From Callorhinchus milii (Eukaryota), in NCBI RefSeq assembly GCF_018977255.1, contig NW_024704743.1:102426001-102490000 (forward strand): a stretch of 64,000 nt of DNA. Reading direction: 5' to 3'. A model generated the notes under the pieces. The model saw only the letters and a program-made list of their open reading frames with translations, had not been told where the DNA came from and ran no database searches. The translations under genes and the position numbers were made by a program. Of this stretch, positions 50,893-63,545 are shown one piece after another. How positions within the stretch are numbered: the first letter of the stretch is position 1; every line of letters starts with the position of its first letter.

Positions 50893-51394
50893 GCTTCAAG
50901 AAGGATCTCAAGAACCGACTGATGTTTTGACATGATTTATACCTTATCAGAAAGGTCTTGCACTTGGGAGTGACACTGGCATATTTGTTTTCAGGTATCT
51001 CCTACCATTCATTAGTTATGGCCTAAAATGTATTTCAGTTTTGCATTTTTTGGTGCCATTACGCCTGGTGGCCACCAAGTCAAAGTGGTGCTGTGGCATC
51101 ATGCGTCACAGAGCACCTACGTATGTATGCACTGCAGTTACACCTGGTGGCCGTGCCGGCTGATCATGGTGTTATGGCATCCTGCGTCACCGAGTGTGCA
51201 TATAGCCAAGCAGCGGGAACAAAATGAAGAACACAGTCAAAGCTAAGCTGTCAAGTGTCGAGTCCTCCCACTGCATTCTCACAAAAGGAGTTGTCCCACA
51301 GGAGATGAATATAGATAAAGATGAAATGTCTGTCTGTGTGTCTGTCTGTGTGTCAATCTACATTCCATATTGAATCCTTTGGTTGCAAGTGTAG
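50794..51394 (+). mobile_element. Non-autonomous Helitron-like element, copy B, terminal segment deleted
   Basis: A|TCTTCTATCTGTATTAATAAAACGACAA(TGTC)n GCTTCAAGAAGGAT...GACATGATTTATACC at the 5' end, and GATGAAATGTCTGTCTGTGTG...CCTTTGGTTGCAAGTGTAG|T at the 3' end. Both match copy A. Confidence 0.75.
50822..50891. repeat. (TGTC)n microsatellite, about 17 units, within copy B
   Basis: Perfect tetranucleotide array. Confidence 0.97.
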
Positions 51395-52448
51395 TTTGTT
51401 TATTGATAAAGTGCCTCATCGGTAATTGCTATCAAGTATAATGACTGTTTTCGTGTAGACAAACAAAGCAGCCAATTTCCACACAGTAGTGTCCCACAAA
51501 CAACAATGAAGCAAACAATGGTTCAACTTTGGATTGTTGGTCAAGATATAGCAAGAAATTCCTTTTTTCTTTAAATATTATATAATTAATGTCTCATCCA
51601 AAATATACACCAAAGGACCGTTCACTCAAAAATGCACTGAAGTGTCAGCCTGACCTGTGAGCTCATGAGCCAAAATTGGGTTTCAACCAAAAATCTTCTG
51701 CTCCAAAGGGGAGAACGCTATCAGCTAAACCAATTGTTGCCCAGATTGTTACTCATTTCTAGCATCTTACAACATAAGTTAAATATTGTCCACACATCTA
51801 AGATACATTGTTAGGCCTCATATGTATATACAATCTACATTCATAAAGCACCTTTCACTTTGGGAGGACATCTCAAAGTACTTTGCAGTGCTAGATTGGC
51901 TGGAATGTGGGAGCTGTGAGTGGGAGCTGAGGAGGATTGGTGAGGGGAAAGATGACTGACAGAGCAACCAAAAGGGATATGTTTTGAGAAGGACTCTGGG
52001 ATAGGGTTCCAGAAAAATGAGGCAGAGAAACTGAAAGCCCATCTAGATGATGGGACATGATAGGCAGTCGGTGCCCACTGAGAGAAAGGAATGGCTGGGA
52101 TGGTATATTTGTTTGCATATTTGATAATAATAATTTTTGTATTTGATATAGTGCCTTATCTGGTCCTTTCCCTTGTGAGGCGAGTGCTCCAACTACTGAG
52201 CTACAGGACTCCACTGGATCCCCAAATATCCACCCTACAGTTCTCTCATCACAGCATCAAGCTTTCTTTCAAGTGAATCCAGCATCCTGACTGCAAACAT
52301 CTTTTCTGGAAACCTGTCAATAATTATTCTGTCATTAATTATCCACTGGACAAAGAGATATTTCATGAAATTGCCCTTTGCAACTGTAACCAGTGTCCTC
52401 TTGTTCTTGCACTCTTACAAAGATGTCCAATGCATAGAATAGTGAATA

Positions 52449-52758
52449 TAATAATAATCCTTGCATTTGATATAGCGCTTTTCACGTCTTCTAGATGTCT
52501 CAAAGCGCTTCACAGAATGTGCTGTAAAATGAATTGACTGTATATTTGTGGGCGAAACGCGGCAGCCAATTGCGCACAGCAATGTTCCACAAACAGTTGG
52601 TGATTGAAAATGACCAATTTATTATTTTTTGTTTTGGAGGGATTATTATTACGCGTGTGGAGTAAGGAAACCTGCCCAAGGTTTTGCCCTGCTTGGAATT
52701 GAACCCAGGTGTCTCGCTTGCAAGGCGAGTGCTCTAACCACTGAGCTTCAGGACTCCA
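52449..52758 (-). mobile_element. Full-length young SINE
   Basis: The reverse complement starts ggagtcctgaagctcagtggttagagcactcgccttgcaagcgagacacctgggttcaattcc and ends in (tta)n. Confidence 0.9.
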
Positions 52759-54895
52759 CAATGAATGTGCCGGAAGCTGATGCATATTTGATATATTCTA
52801 GTTTCCATGATCTGCTTTTGTATTAAAGAGATACTCTGAAGAAATGAATTCTCCTTCACAGGGTTATCAAAGAGATAAATCTGAAGAGAGAAAATAGGAA
52901 TACATTGCATATTAATAACAGGGTTTTTCATACTGCAACAAATTGAAACTTTGTACTAGTTCCATTTTGCCAGTACCTAGTATAACAGTATAATTTAACA
53001 GAAACCTTGAATATGCATGTTATGGGTCAAATAAATAAACTGCTGAAACATTTGTGACTTGTGTTATCAATGTTGTAAAATTTGTAAGGAATTCTGTGAA
53101 TTTGAGTGTAAATATTTGGATAACATCTCAGTGATTTCTGCCTGCAACAGGCATTTTTCCAATCTGAACTGTAAACACTATTTTTTCTGCCCTATTTTCC
53201 ATTTTATTTTCATAGTCGAACAGAAGAGATAAACTAATCCGTAGTAATCTGAAACTCACTTCTGGTTAGTTTATTTCTTCTAAAATAGTTTTAGCACTGA
53301 CATGAATCAGTCAGTTAGGCCTGCACGCTCATCGGTCAAGTATCCCTGACTGTCCAGCGCCTTGGGACGTCCTCCTGACGGGAAAGGCACCATACAAATG
53401 CAATCTTGTATTGCATTGTACGTATTGTATTGCCCTATTGCATCTGAAATTAAACGTTACACCTCAAGGTAGATGTAACTTCCATTGACTGTAAATAGGA
53501 GCTGCTTCACAAGTTTAATCAACTTTTGACAAAATCAAGATCCTATTTTTTATGATTGTAATTAAAAGTAACTCATAACAGTGCTGATTTGGGAATTATG
53601 TTATTTTGTCAAAAATTTGATTTTCTAAACATTCAAAAATATTATTGACCCATTCACCAGCCCCACAAATATGACTAAATACAATTTTCGAGGTGAAACA
53701 TATCAATAGTTTCATTAATAGTTTTCAATTTTAGTTTAATAAATTAAATATTTTCACACAAGTAATGGATTTTGACTAGAAAGGAAAATGCTTTGAAAAT
53801 AATTTGCAATAATTACTGTGTAATTCAACATTGCCAAAATCCAGAGAGAGAGGTAAACTCAAATAGGATATAAAGGGAATTGACCATAACTTAACATTGC
53901 AGAATTTTAATTGCTGACCGCAAATGACCACCAGAGATCAGTGAAACTGACACTGACACATACCTGTAGTATGATACCAAAGCATTACTGAAATCATTCC
54001 AAATTAATTAGAAATATAATCATTAGAGGGTCATTTTTCATCCTTGATGTTATCTTAAAAGTCAATATATTTTTGGAAACTTTCTCTTGTACAATAAAAT
54101 ATGTCTCATCGGGTTTATGGTTTAGAAGTGATGTGAATGACTACATTATTTGACTGCGTCATCTTCCTCAACCACCCCACCCCTCCCACCCCAGCCCCAA
54201 CTCAGGTGCCAAGTGGTGTTGTTAAGTGCCTTGGGATGTCCTCCTGACGTGAAAAGCACTATATAAATGTAGATTTGTATTGCATTGTATTATGCATTGT
54301 CATCATTAGCAATCAGAGCACAACCAGCTACAGAAGAAGGAGCCTGCACTTTAACAAAGGTAATAATCAACATCTAATAGTTTACCAGAGCATGATCTTT
54401 ATAAAGCTGGCGGTTGAAGTATTCAGATGACTGATATCATTGGTTGCTATAGTGTTTATCAAGTGACAAATTTCAGACGAAGAAATATTAATACATGGTT
54501 GTCTTGAAGATATTTGATAAGTGTTTACAGATCGAATTCTGTCTTGGCACTCATTGAGCAAAATTGCACTGCTGCTGGTAATATTAGCAGAGAAACTAAC
54601 ATTGATTCTGTGAGCTGCAGCACTCAGCCTGATGCAGAATTATATGTCACAAGATGGCTGCTAGAATCTAAGTATAAGTAAGTTCTTGTAATAATTCTGC
54701 TACATTGCAGTTGAGTGTGGTAAGCAATATTTTTACAGCATTATTGTCATTGAGCTCAGCTCAAAGGGAATGACATTTTAATTTTTGGAAACCAAAATAG
54801 AGTGATTAAGAGCAATTGATTCACAATATTTGAGAAAACCGAGCAGGTGTTTCTGCTGAAAATGCTAGAGGGGCACGGTGGTGGGGGAGAAAAGG

Positions 54896-55380
54896 AGGGG
54901 AGAATTCCACCTGGGTCCAGATTTGCTCCATTTATGTAGCATTTCAGAGTGGCCAGAATTTGGAAAATTGTTAAACTCAGTCTTAGTAGAGTCCTGTAGT
55001 ATACACACTCATCTCGCGAGCGAGAGGGCCTGGGTTCGATTCCTGGGCAGGGGTGAAACGTTAGGCAAGTTTCCTTACTCCACATGCCTATTTTTACCTA
55101 GCAGTAATTAGGAACCTGGTTGGCAGATTGCTTTCTGGGGATAATAATACCTTAAAAAAAGTGTGGTCACTCAATCCATGACTGTTTGTGGGGCACTGCT
55201 GTGTGCTGCAACCCTTCACACACAAATATACCGTCACTCCATTACAGTACATTCTGAGATGCGCTTTGAGACATCTCAAAAATGTGATAAGGCGCTATAT
55301 CAAATTCAAGGTTTATTATTATTATTAACTTTGAAGCTGATTTTCTGTAGTTCTTAAAATACGCAGGTGGAATGTTTCCC
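54896..55380. mobile_element. Palindromic MITE-like copy interrupted by a long-variant SINE (54988-55326, plus strand)
   Basis: ggggagaattccacctgggtccagatttg...aactcagtctta [SINE] actttgaagctg...caggtggaatgtttccc. Confidence 0.82.
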
Positions 55381-55629
55381 TATTATCACATCAAATCTGA
55401 GTTTATTGCCCCATTAACTGCAAATCTTTTAACTCTTTATATTAAAAGTTAAATGACCAAAATTCAGTGACAGTGATTTAAGCTAGCATCATCTATAACC
55501 ATGGGATAACAGGGTAAACAATTATAGAATGTGATAATTATGTTTCTTACTTTCTCTCAAAGTACTGGAGAGGAAAGCAATGCTTAACTATGAGGCAAAG
55601 AATCCAAAGACGGCACTTTAGTGGCAGCC

Positions 55630-55860
55630 CTGATGGTGTAGCCCGGGATAGAGCTGCAGCTTGCAATCCAGTTAGCTTTCTGGTTCACATTCTTGGTCTA
55701 AACTAAGTTGTCTGGTCTCAGATGGGAGGTTAAATGATCTTTGACCTTCTCAGTGTTAGGGAGAAAAGAATCGGACAGGATTCTTACTCCTGGTCTCTCT
55801 TCGGCACCCTCTGTTGGTTCTGCATGTGATTAGCAGCCAGATGGAGAGCCATTAGGCCCC
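55630..55860 (+). mobile_element. LF-SINE-like ancient SINE relic
   Basis: ctggttcacattcttggtct...tggtctcag...ttagggagaaaagaatcggacaggattcttactcctg...caccctctgttgg is homologous to 48700-48970. Confidence 0.42.
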
Positions 55861-55909
55861 TGCAAAGAGTATCCAGGTTTACTGTATTTTCGTGAATTGG
55901 TGAATCCAT

Positions 55910-56040
55910 TATGAACTTTGAAGCCATTTATCTGTAGTTCTTAAAAAAATGAAGGCTATGTTTAAGAATTGTCAAATTGTAAACACTCTGAAGTGTTAAG
56001 GAAACAATGTAATTCTTAACCCAAGTAGAATTTCTCCCCT
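55910..56040. mobile_element. Palindromic MITE-like family, right half
   Basis: aactttgaagcc...tctgtagttctt...aagaattgtcaaattgt...ctctgaagtgtt...acccaagtagaatttctcccc. Confidence 0.6.
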
Positions 56041-56849
56041 TATATTTCTTCTGCGTACAATAGAATTATGCTTATTAAAAATTAAGACAGACAGTTTGGA
56101 AATAAAAATAATAATCCTTGCATACACAGAAGGTGAGCTGGCCTCCAAAGTAGAAGGGTCACAATGAACACAATAAGCCATCAATCTATTTTTATTTCAG
56201 ACGCTGTCTATTTCATACACTTTCAATTTCAGATTTACAGTATTTTTCCTTTTATTTCTACTAATTATTCTAATGAGATGTATCCATATGCAAAAAAATG
56301 GTTAAATTAAAATATACAGTTATCTTCCACAAACAATAAAAAGTCTGTCTTTAAGAAACACAGAAATTGTTTGCGATGCTAATAGGAAATAACTGTAATT
56401 AACATTACTAATTGGAGCCTTTTATATTTAACATTTAGATTAGAAAATAGACTTTCCATTTAACCCCAAATCTTTGACTTACTGTGGCAACCAAGAAGTA
56501 AATGCCATTTTAAAATCTGGTGAGCACAGATAACAATAGCACAGTGTGACTTTAGAACACCAACAGTTTGAAGTTTTTAAAGTCGATTACCTGCCTCCTC
56601 TATTTTTCCCATTCCTTCTCCTTTTGAACTAAATGTTGCATTGGATTTGCCCAGTTTTACTTCACTGTTTATTCACTATGTTTTCTTAATTTTTTATCCT
56701 GTTAATACCTACATATCTATTTGCATGTGAAGTCACATTTATATCTTGACACCATTTTGCATTTTTGTAATCTGTTATTGACACATGGTCACTTGTTTAT
56801 GAATGTAGTTACTGCTTGCTAAATTTCTTTCCAACAATAATCCCATGAT

Positions 56850-57125
56850 GATAATATTTTATATAGTGCCTTTTACATGAATTGGATGTCTTATAGCGCT
56901 TCATGTAAAGTTTAGTGACTGTGTATTTTGTAGGTGAACCATGGCAGCCAACTGTTGTACATTAATATCCCACAAAGAACCATGAAGTGAATGACCAATT
57001 TTATCTTGAGGATTATTGGTCAGGACACTGAGAGAAACTCTCTACTGTTTCAGAATAGGGCCACAGGATCTTTAGCATCAACCTGAAGAGACAGACAATA
57101 CCTTAGATTAATGTCTCATTGTAAG
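56850..57125 (-). mobile_element. Old DeuSINE-like SINE body and tail
   Basis: atatagtgcctttt...gtgactgtgtattttgtagg...ggcagcca...ggtcaggacactgagagaaactc...gatcttt...taatgtctcat. Confidence 0.7.
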
Positions 57126-57819
57126 AGGGTGTAAAGTCCAGATGGCCACCTTGACATCACTTCGAGCACGTGAGCACTGCACAGGAAGTACCATTAAGGC
57201 AACCATGTTGACTGTAAGACTCCTTATACAATGCAATAACTTTATTTCACTTCCAGCTCGTGTCCATCACGCAGTTAATGATATTAGCTGTATTGTGTAG
57301 GATGAGGGGGGAAATGGCAGGAGAAATGAACAAGTTCCATTCACTGTGTTGGTTCTGGGAATGAAAGAGTTAGATCAACAGGTAGTACAATGAGTCCTTA
57401 CATCAACACAGTAAGGATGCAGGGAGGCGGAAGTGTGTGTAGGATGGAGCTTGATAGGCACGAGAGAGGAAGGTTCAGAAAAGCAATGATAAGAGGATTA
57501 AAATAAAATCTTTATATGGAATTTTGATGGTGGTCATAACATTTTCTACCGCTTCCATTAACAAAGATTGAGTCAAAATTTATAAATTACCCAAAATCCA
57601 GCTCATTTTGGGACTTAGAATCCATTAGACAAATTTATATCCTGGAACTTTTGAAAGAAACTCCCAAAAGAATTTGTGTCAATCAAAACGCTCCCTCCTG
57701 GCTTTGGCTAAGACCCAAAGACCAGTCCTCTCTGACAATTCATAAACTGAATCTCACAGAAACAAACACTCACATACTGTGAAGAATTGTACTGAGAATG
57801 AGAGCATCTGAGTGATAAG

Positions 57820-58200
57820 AGGCAAGAATGAGTGTGCAAGGGAAGGGGGAGAGGCAGGTGAACAATTGTGAATGATGTTGAGAGGAAAGAGAAGCTAAAC
57901 GATGAGAGCATATGTCACACACAGGGAATGGATACAGAAATAAAATGTGTGGCTGGCTCTATTTGAAGGAGGGAAGGAAGTGATGCAAACGGGGATAGAG
58001 ACAGTAAGTGATGGTGAGATGGGAGCTCCTGAGACAGGGAGTGACCAAAAGAAAGGGAGGACAGAAATGGTGAGTGATGGAGAGAAAGTGGAAGGGGGTC
58101 AGGGATAGGCGCTATTGAGAAAAAGTGGGAACAGGCACAGGGAATGACCAAGAGAAAGGAGAGACAGAGATACTGACACAAGAGACAGAGCCAGAAACTC
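57820..58200 (+). repeat. Purine-rich (GA-rich) low-complexity tract
   Basis: Strong G/A skew with degenerate gagacaga/ggga units. Confidence 0.55.
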
Positions 58201-61200
58201 ATTCACAAACATAACACACACTGCTCCACAGCTCTTTACTACAGATCATTGTTCTCAGAGAAACCCACCTTCCCAGGGTCTATCCTGAGATTTTACCAGT
58301 TATTTTGCCCACACAATACACAGTCACTAAAATTTACAGTATATTCTGAGAAGCGCTTTGAGGCATCTCAATGATGTGATAAGGCACTATATCAAATGGA
58401 AGGTTTATTTATTATTATAATAACCTTTGAATTTGATACAGTGCCTATCATAAAAACATGAGAGCACTTCAACAAGTAACTGTGCTTAAGTGTAGTGATT
58501 GTCTATTTGTAAGTACAATACAATTTTCATTTATATGGCCCTACACAAAAATAATTTGCTGCTGTTGTTTTCACGTCAGGAGAACATCTCAAAGTGCTTA
58601 AAAAGAAGAAATGTACACGTTGGCCAGGAAAGGGAGGGGGGGCTAGTTAATGCTGTGATGGAGGGGACGATAGGATGGGTTTTCTGGAGGGGCCCAAGGG
58701 GATTCTTCATCTGAATCCATCTTGGGATTTTGTGAGGATGGCTATTTTACTACTATGTTCACTTACAGAGCATTCTAAAACAATTGTGAACTCTATCTCC
58801 CAACATACACAGAATCCATGTCATACAGGACGTGATAGGCACTCTGTGAATGATTTTTTTTTGGGGGGGGGTGCTTTCAGAGTGGGTTGATGAAATATTA
58901 TGCTCACGTTGATGAAGTTGCACATCTTGCTCATTTAGTTTTATTTAAAGAATAAATAAGTGTAATCTTCATAGTCTGAAGCTTGCAAATTTAAAAAAAT
59001 CTCATTGTGTTTTTGGCAGGAAAGAAGCTGACTTGGTATAATATTCCTGAGAGTGGACCTTCTGAGAGTATGATTATTTTAGAGTGGATCCAATTACTTA
59101 GGTCTTTAAGCATAAGAATGGTTTAAAAGCAATGGGCTGGTCACTGTACAATTCTTCACTGTGTGCAAGTGGATGTTTCCCTGAGTTTGACAGTTGTGTC
59201 AATGCTACAAGCCCAGATCTGTAATGCCTGTCTTTTGGGACTCAGCCGAAGTGTCAGAATGGCTAGGAGGGGGGGGGAGGGGGGAAGATTGAGAGGAATT
59301 TTGTTTTGATGCTTCTCTCAAAATTTCCAGGATACAATGTTTTGGAATGGCTCTAACTCCCACGATCACAAGATTTGTTTAGACGAAGAAGACCCTTTGC
59401 CCGATCCAATCTGATCCCCCAAAACACCCCAACCCCCATTGCCACATCAAGCTTCATTTTACCCTATGAAACAGAATACAGTGGCATCATTTATAATTCT
59501 AACCCAACTTTTGTCAACAGAAGAGGGATACATTTGAAAGAGGATGTTGGCCTTCAACAAAATTATGTATAGAGATCATCTCCTAACAAGCATTAAACTA
59601 TCAGTGTAGCAAGCTTTGGAAGACATCAATCGTTTTCAGCGCGTACATAAGCACAGCACAAAACTGCTCACAAAGTCAGTAAGATGCTGTAGCAAATGTA
59701 AGTATTCGTAGTATGAATATCAAGGAAAATGCCAAACATGTAGTTATTTGGGGGAAACAAAAATTAAAATTATTACTGTAGGAAAGTGAGATTTTGAATC
59801 TGGAGATGAAATATATTGTTTGATATAAAAAGTAATATCTGAATTGTGTTTAACCCGATTTGCAGGAGACTTAGATTTCCTGATGTTGCTATTGGATGCA
59901 AAGTAAATCTTTTGTTTCATCTGGAAGGCACGCACATAATAATAATATAAGAATATCAAGTTCTAGTAGATTGCTTTAGCTGGAACTTCCAACTTTCAGT
60001 ACAAAGTGTATTTGGCAAGAAAAAAGCTGACTATGTATAATATTCTCCAGCATCTGCTGCAGTCGGGTCCCAAAGGATTGAAGCTAAAAGGGAGGGTATT
60101 TACTGGTGAACTGTTTGCGAAGCACTCTGGGTGATCATTGCCTTACACAGCATCTGACTGTGATAACCTTCAAAAGTGAAAGAAAATAGAAGTTTATTAT
60201 TTTGGAGCTTCTTCCATTTGGACAGTATAGCTAAAAGAGTGAAAACTCCTCAAAACTGATCTTCAGGCATTAACATAACAGCAGCTTTCTGTGAATCGTT
60301 TTCCAAAGCTATTTTTCCAGCTGGAAGTAAGATTTTGTATTAAAGGATCATTTGAAAATGTTCTGAAATCTGAATGTTAGCTGCATTAAATTCGTAATAT
60401 GTTGTTTGACTGCAATCTGTAAACTGTCACCTTATGTTAGCATGTAAATATTGTCTGTGACTGCAATACTTAATTAAAAAGGCTATGTCAGACACATTCA
60501 CATTGCCTTTTTACATGGCATAAATACAAATGACAGTAGAAAGCATTTATTTTACCATTAACAGATTTAACCACAGTTTCCTTTGTGTTTGGTTTTATTG
60601 ACAATATAAGCAGTATGAATTCACACCGCCCTCCTAACCTTTTTTTTCCTGGTTAGCTGTCAATCAGATTTAATGATCTTATGCCTCTTTTTTGTTTAAC
60701 CTATGCCCATTATCACATTATATATTTATTAATCTGTTCTTTAACCGTGTTCTTTGGAATTATATGACTGTTAATTGACCAACATTGTTTATTTTTTGCT
60801 AGCAATGAAACACAAACACTTTTCCTTCTCTGCTAGTCTATATTGGGATCTAAACTGTGGAGATTCATAGTGGGACAAGTTAATAATGTAATCCTGTGCC
60901 CAGATCTCTGCTCGAGAAGTAACTGACATAGATCAAAGTTCCTGCAGGTCAATGAGATGTTTCTTGTTCCTTGAAGCAGACACTATTATTCGTACAAGTT
61001 ACCTCACCCCCCAGCAATCTATTGAAATGACAATCTAGTTTGTGAGTTCAAAGTACTAACTTGGGCCTTGATTCCACAAAGTTCTGATTCAGAGTCAAGA
61101 ATGCTACCAACTAAGCCAGACTCCATTTAGACTCCATTGTATTAAAATAAACACAAGTGAACACAATCCCATTGAAAACAAAACTAGACATGTTTGTGAA

Positions 61201-61239
61201 GGTTTTCATTTTATTTCCCTAATTGCTGAAATGTATCCT

Positions 61240-61458
61240 TGGTTCAATTCCACCTGGGTTTAAATTAACGCTATTTAACATGATATTTTAAAGTGCGCAG
61301 AATTTGGCAATTTGTTGAATTCAGTTTTAACTTCAAAGCATGTTTTTATTAGTTCTTAAAGAAAATTACAGAAAATTGAATTTGACAAGCTCTGCACGCT
61401 ATGAAATACTACATTAATGGAATAATGTACCACCTCTTGATGCAGGTGGAGTTTCTAT
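61240..61458. mobile_element. Palindromic MITE-like copy
   Basis: aattccacctgggtttaaatt...cagaatttggcaatttgttgaattcagttttaacttcaaag...aatttgacaagctctgcac...gcaggtggagtttc. Confidence 0.68.
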
Positions 61459-62289
61459 CAAGAATCAACTTCATGGCTTTCTTTTACATTTTGCTTGTTA
61501 TTCCAGATTTTTGTTTTGACAGTACATATTCTTAGAACTATGATCATTGTAGTTCAAAAATATATAGAGAAATAATTTTAAAATAAAATTGATTCTGTGG
61601 CTGAGGAAGGAAGGGTGATTCCTGGTATATCCCGACTAATATACATATTCAGTAAGAAGCTTCCAACTGATATGCTTACCTCAACTTAGGTGTTTCAGCA
61701 AAGTGAGAGATGAGAAGGTCCATGTAAAAAATAACTGGCCACTCCTTTGGATAAATGGATCATTCACCTCCTGGCTGTTGGTGGGACATTGCTGCGTGTA
61801 AATTTGCTGTCATGTTTCCTACAAATATACAATCTATAGTGTACTATGGTGTAGAAGATCAATACTTCACAGTAAATTCCTGTGAAGTGCTTTGAGGCAT
61901 TTCAATGTGACAGGGTGCTATACCAAGTGCAAGGATTCTTATTATTATTTTCATTATTATTAATGTTTGTGGGACATTACAATGTGTATATTGGCTATTG
62001 TGTTTGCCTACAAATACCCACTAGTCTTAACTCCAATTGCCCGTGTGGCATTTTGAGACGTTTCAACATTATTAGCTCCGTATAAAATGCAAGGATTATT
62101 ATTATTGATAAGTATTCTGAGCGTTACAAGGTCACTTCAGTTGAAATAGGTGGTAGTTGACCATATGACTTACATATATTTAAGGAGAAGGAAAAGAAAA
62201 TCAAGGATCAAGACCCTGGAAACATTTCCTCCATTTCCAGTCAATGTGAAGCAGCTGTCAGCAAAGATAATCGAAGATTTGGCTTTGTC

Positions 62290-62965
62290 TTGAAGGAATT
62301 TGACTATATGTCAAAATAAACTATTCTAACCTTAAATGGATCACTGGTAAGGCCAATATTATGTAGATTTGGGGCATGCTACCATCAAAAGGGCGATGTA
62401 CTGGAGAGGGCTCAGAGGGGATAAGAGTTTATAATTCTGGACATAGAGCTCCAATTGGTGAGCGGAGGCTTCACACAGGACAGTTTATGTTTATTTATTG
62501 GAATCAAAAGATTGAGGTCAATGTGATTCACATCTTTAAAACGACAATCCGGTGTTGATGGAAGGGATTTATTGATTTAAACTGTGAGAGTAAAATTAGA
62601 GAGCACAGGTTTAATTTAAAAAAAACTCAACCAGGACCATATCATAAAGCAGTATCTTTGACAGAGCAGTGAATATGTGCACTGGAGAATAGGGGTTTGA
62701 AAGGGATTGTTTGCTGACAAATGCACAGTTACTAAACTTTACAGTAAATCCAGTGAAATATGATAAGGTGGTAGAGGCAGAATCCATTGTGATATTCCAG
62801 AGGGAATTCGATAGGTAGAAGGTAGAAAGATAGAAGCTTGGAGGGATTTGCAGAGAGGCCAGGGAAGTGGGATTGAATGAACATTTTACTCTGAAAGTTG
62901 GTGCAGACTCGATGGGCTGAATGGTCTCCTTCTGTGCCATAAATTTCTATGATTCTGTGATTCTA
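62290..62965 (+). mobile_element. Degraded CR1-clade LINE 3' region with an embedded SINE fragment
   Basis: gtactggagagggctcagagg...gagcggaggctt...gtggtagaggcagaatccat...gactcgatgggctgaatggtctccttctgtgcc ending (attctrtg)n. Confidence 0.75.
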
Positions 62966-63354
62966 AGGCACTGTATCAAATTGAAGCAATATTACTTTTA
63001 TAAATTACAGCATGGAAACAAACCATTCAGTCAAACTAGTCCATGTTGATGTTTATACTCCTCGCAAGCCTCCACCGGTGTTAGAGATTAATGCAGACTG
63101 AAATGAGCAAATATTCCAAATGAGCAAAATGCTTTTTGTCCTGTTAGTGTGGAGTAATCAACAAATATTATCTGATTGCCTTTGTAAATTAAAGAATATT
63201 TATGGAAACATTTTGCACCAGGAAATAAAGTGAGTGATGTGTAGTCCACAATTGGTTAGATTTGCTTTGCAAATAGCAGGTTTTATAGGCCTAAAGGTCT
63301 TTCCTTGGTCATTTAAACAAATATATTACCTTTGGCAAGGCAACGCCCCAGTAA

Positions 63355-63545
63355 AAATAATCCTTTCATTTGATATAGCATCTTTCAATTTGAGAGGAAT
63401 TCTCAAAGCACTTCACAGGATTTATTGTAAAGCGAATGTGTATTTTGTAGGTGAACACAGCAGCAAATGTATGTATAACAATGACCCACAAAGCCATGAA
63501 ATGAATAATTAATTTCATCTGGGAGAATTCTTGGCCAGGACAGAA
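63355..63545 (-). mobile_element. Old SINE 3' half
   Basis: taatcctttcatttgatatagca...aagcacttcacaggattta...tattttgtaggtgaacacagcagc...cccacaaagccatgaa. Confidence 0.7.
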
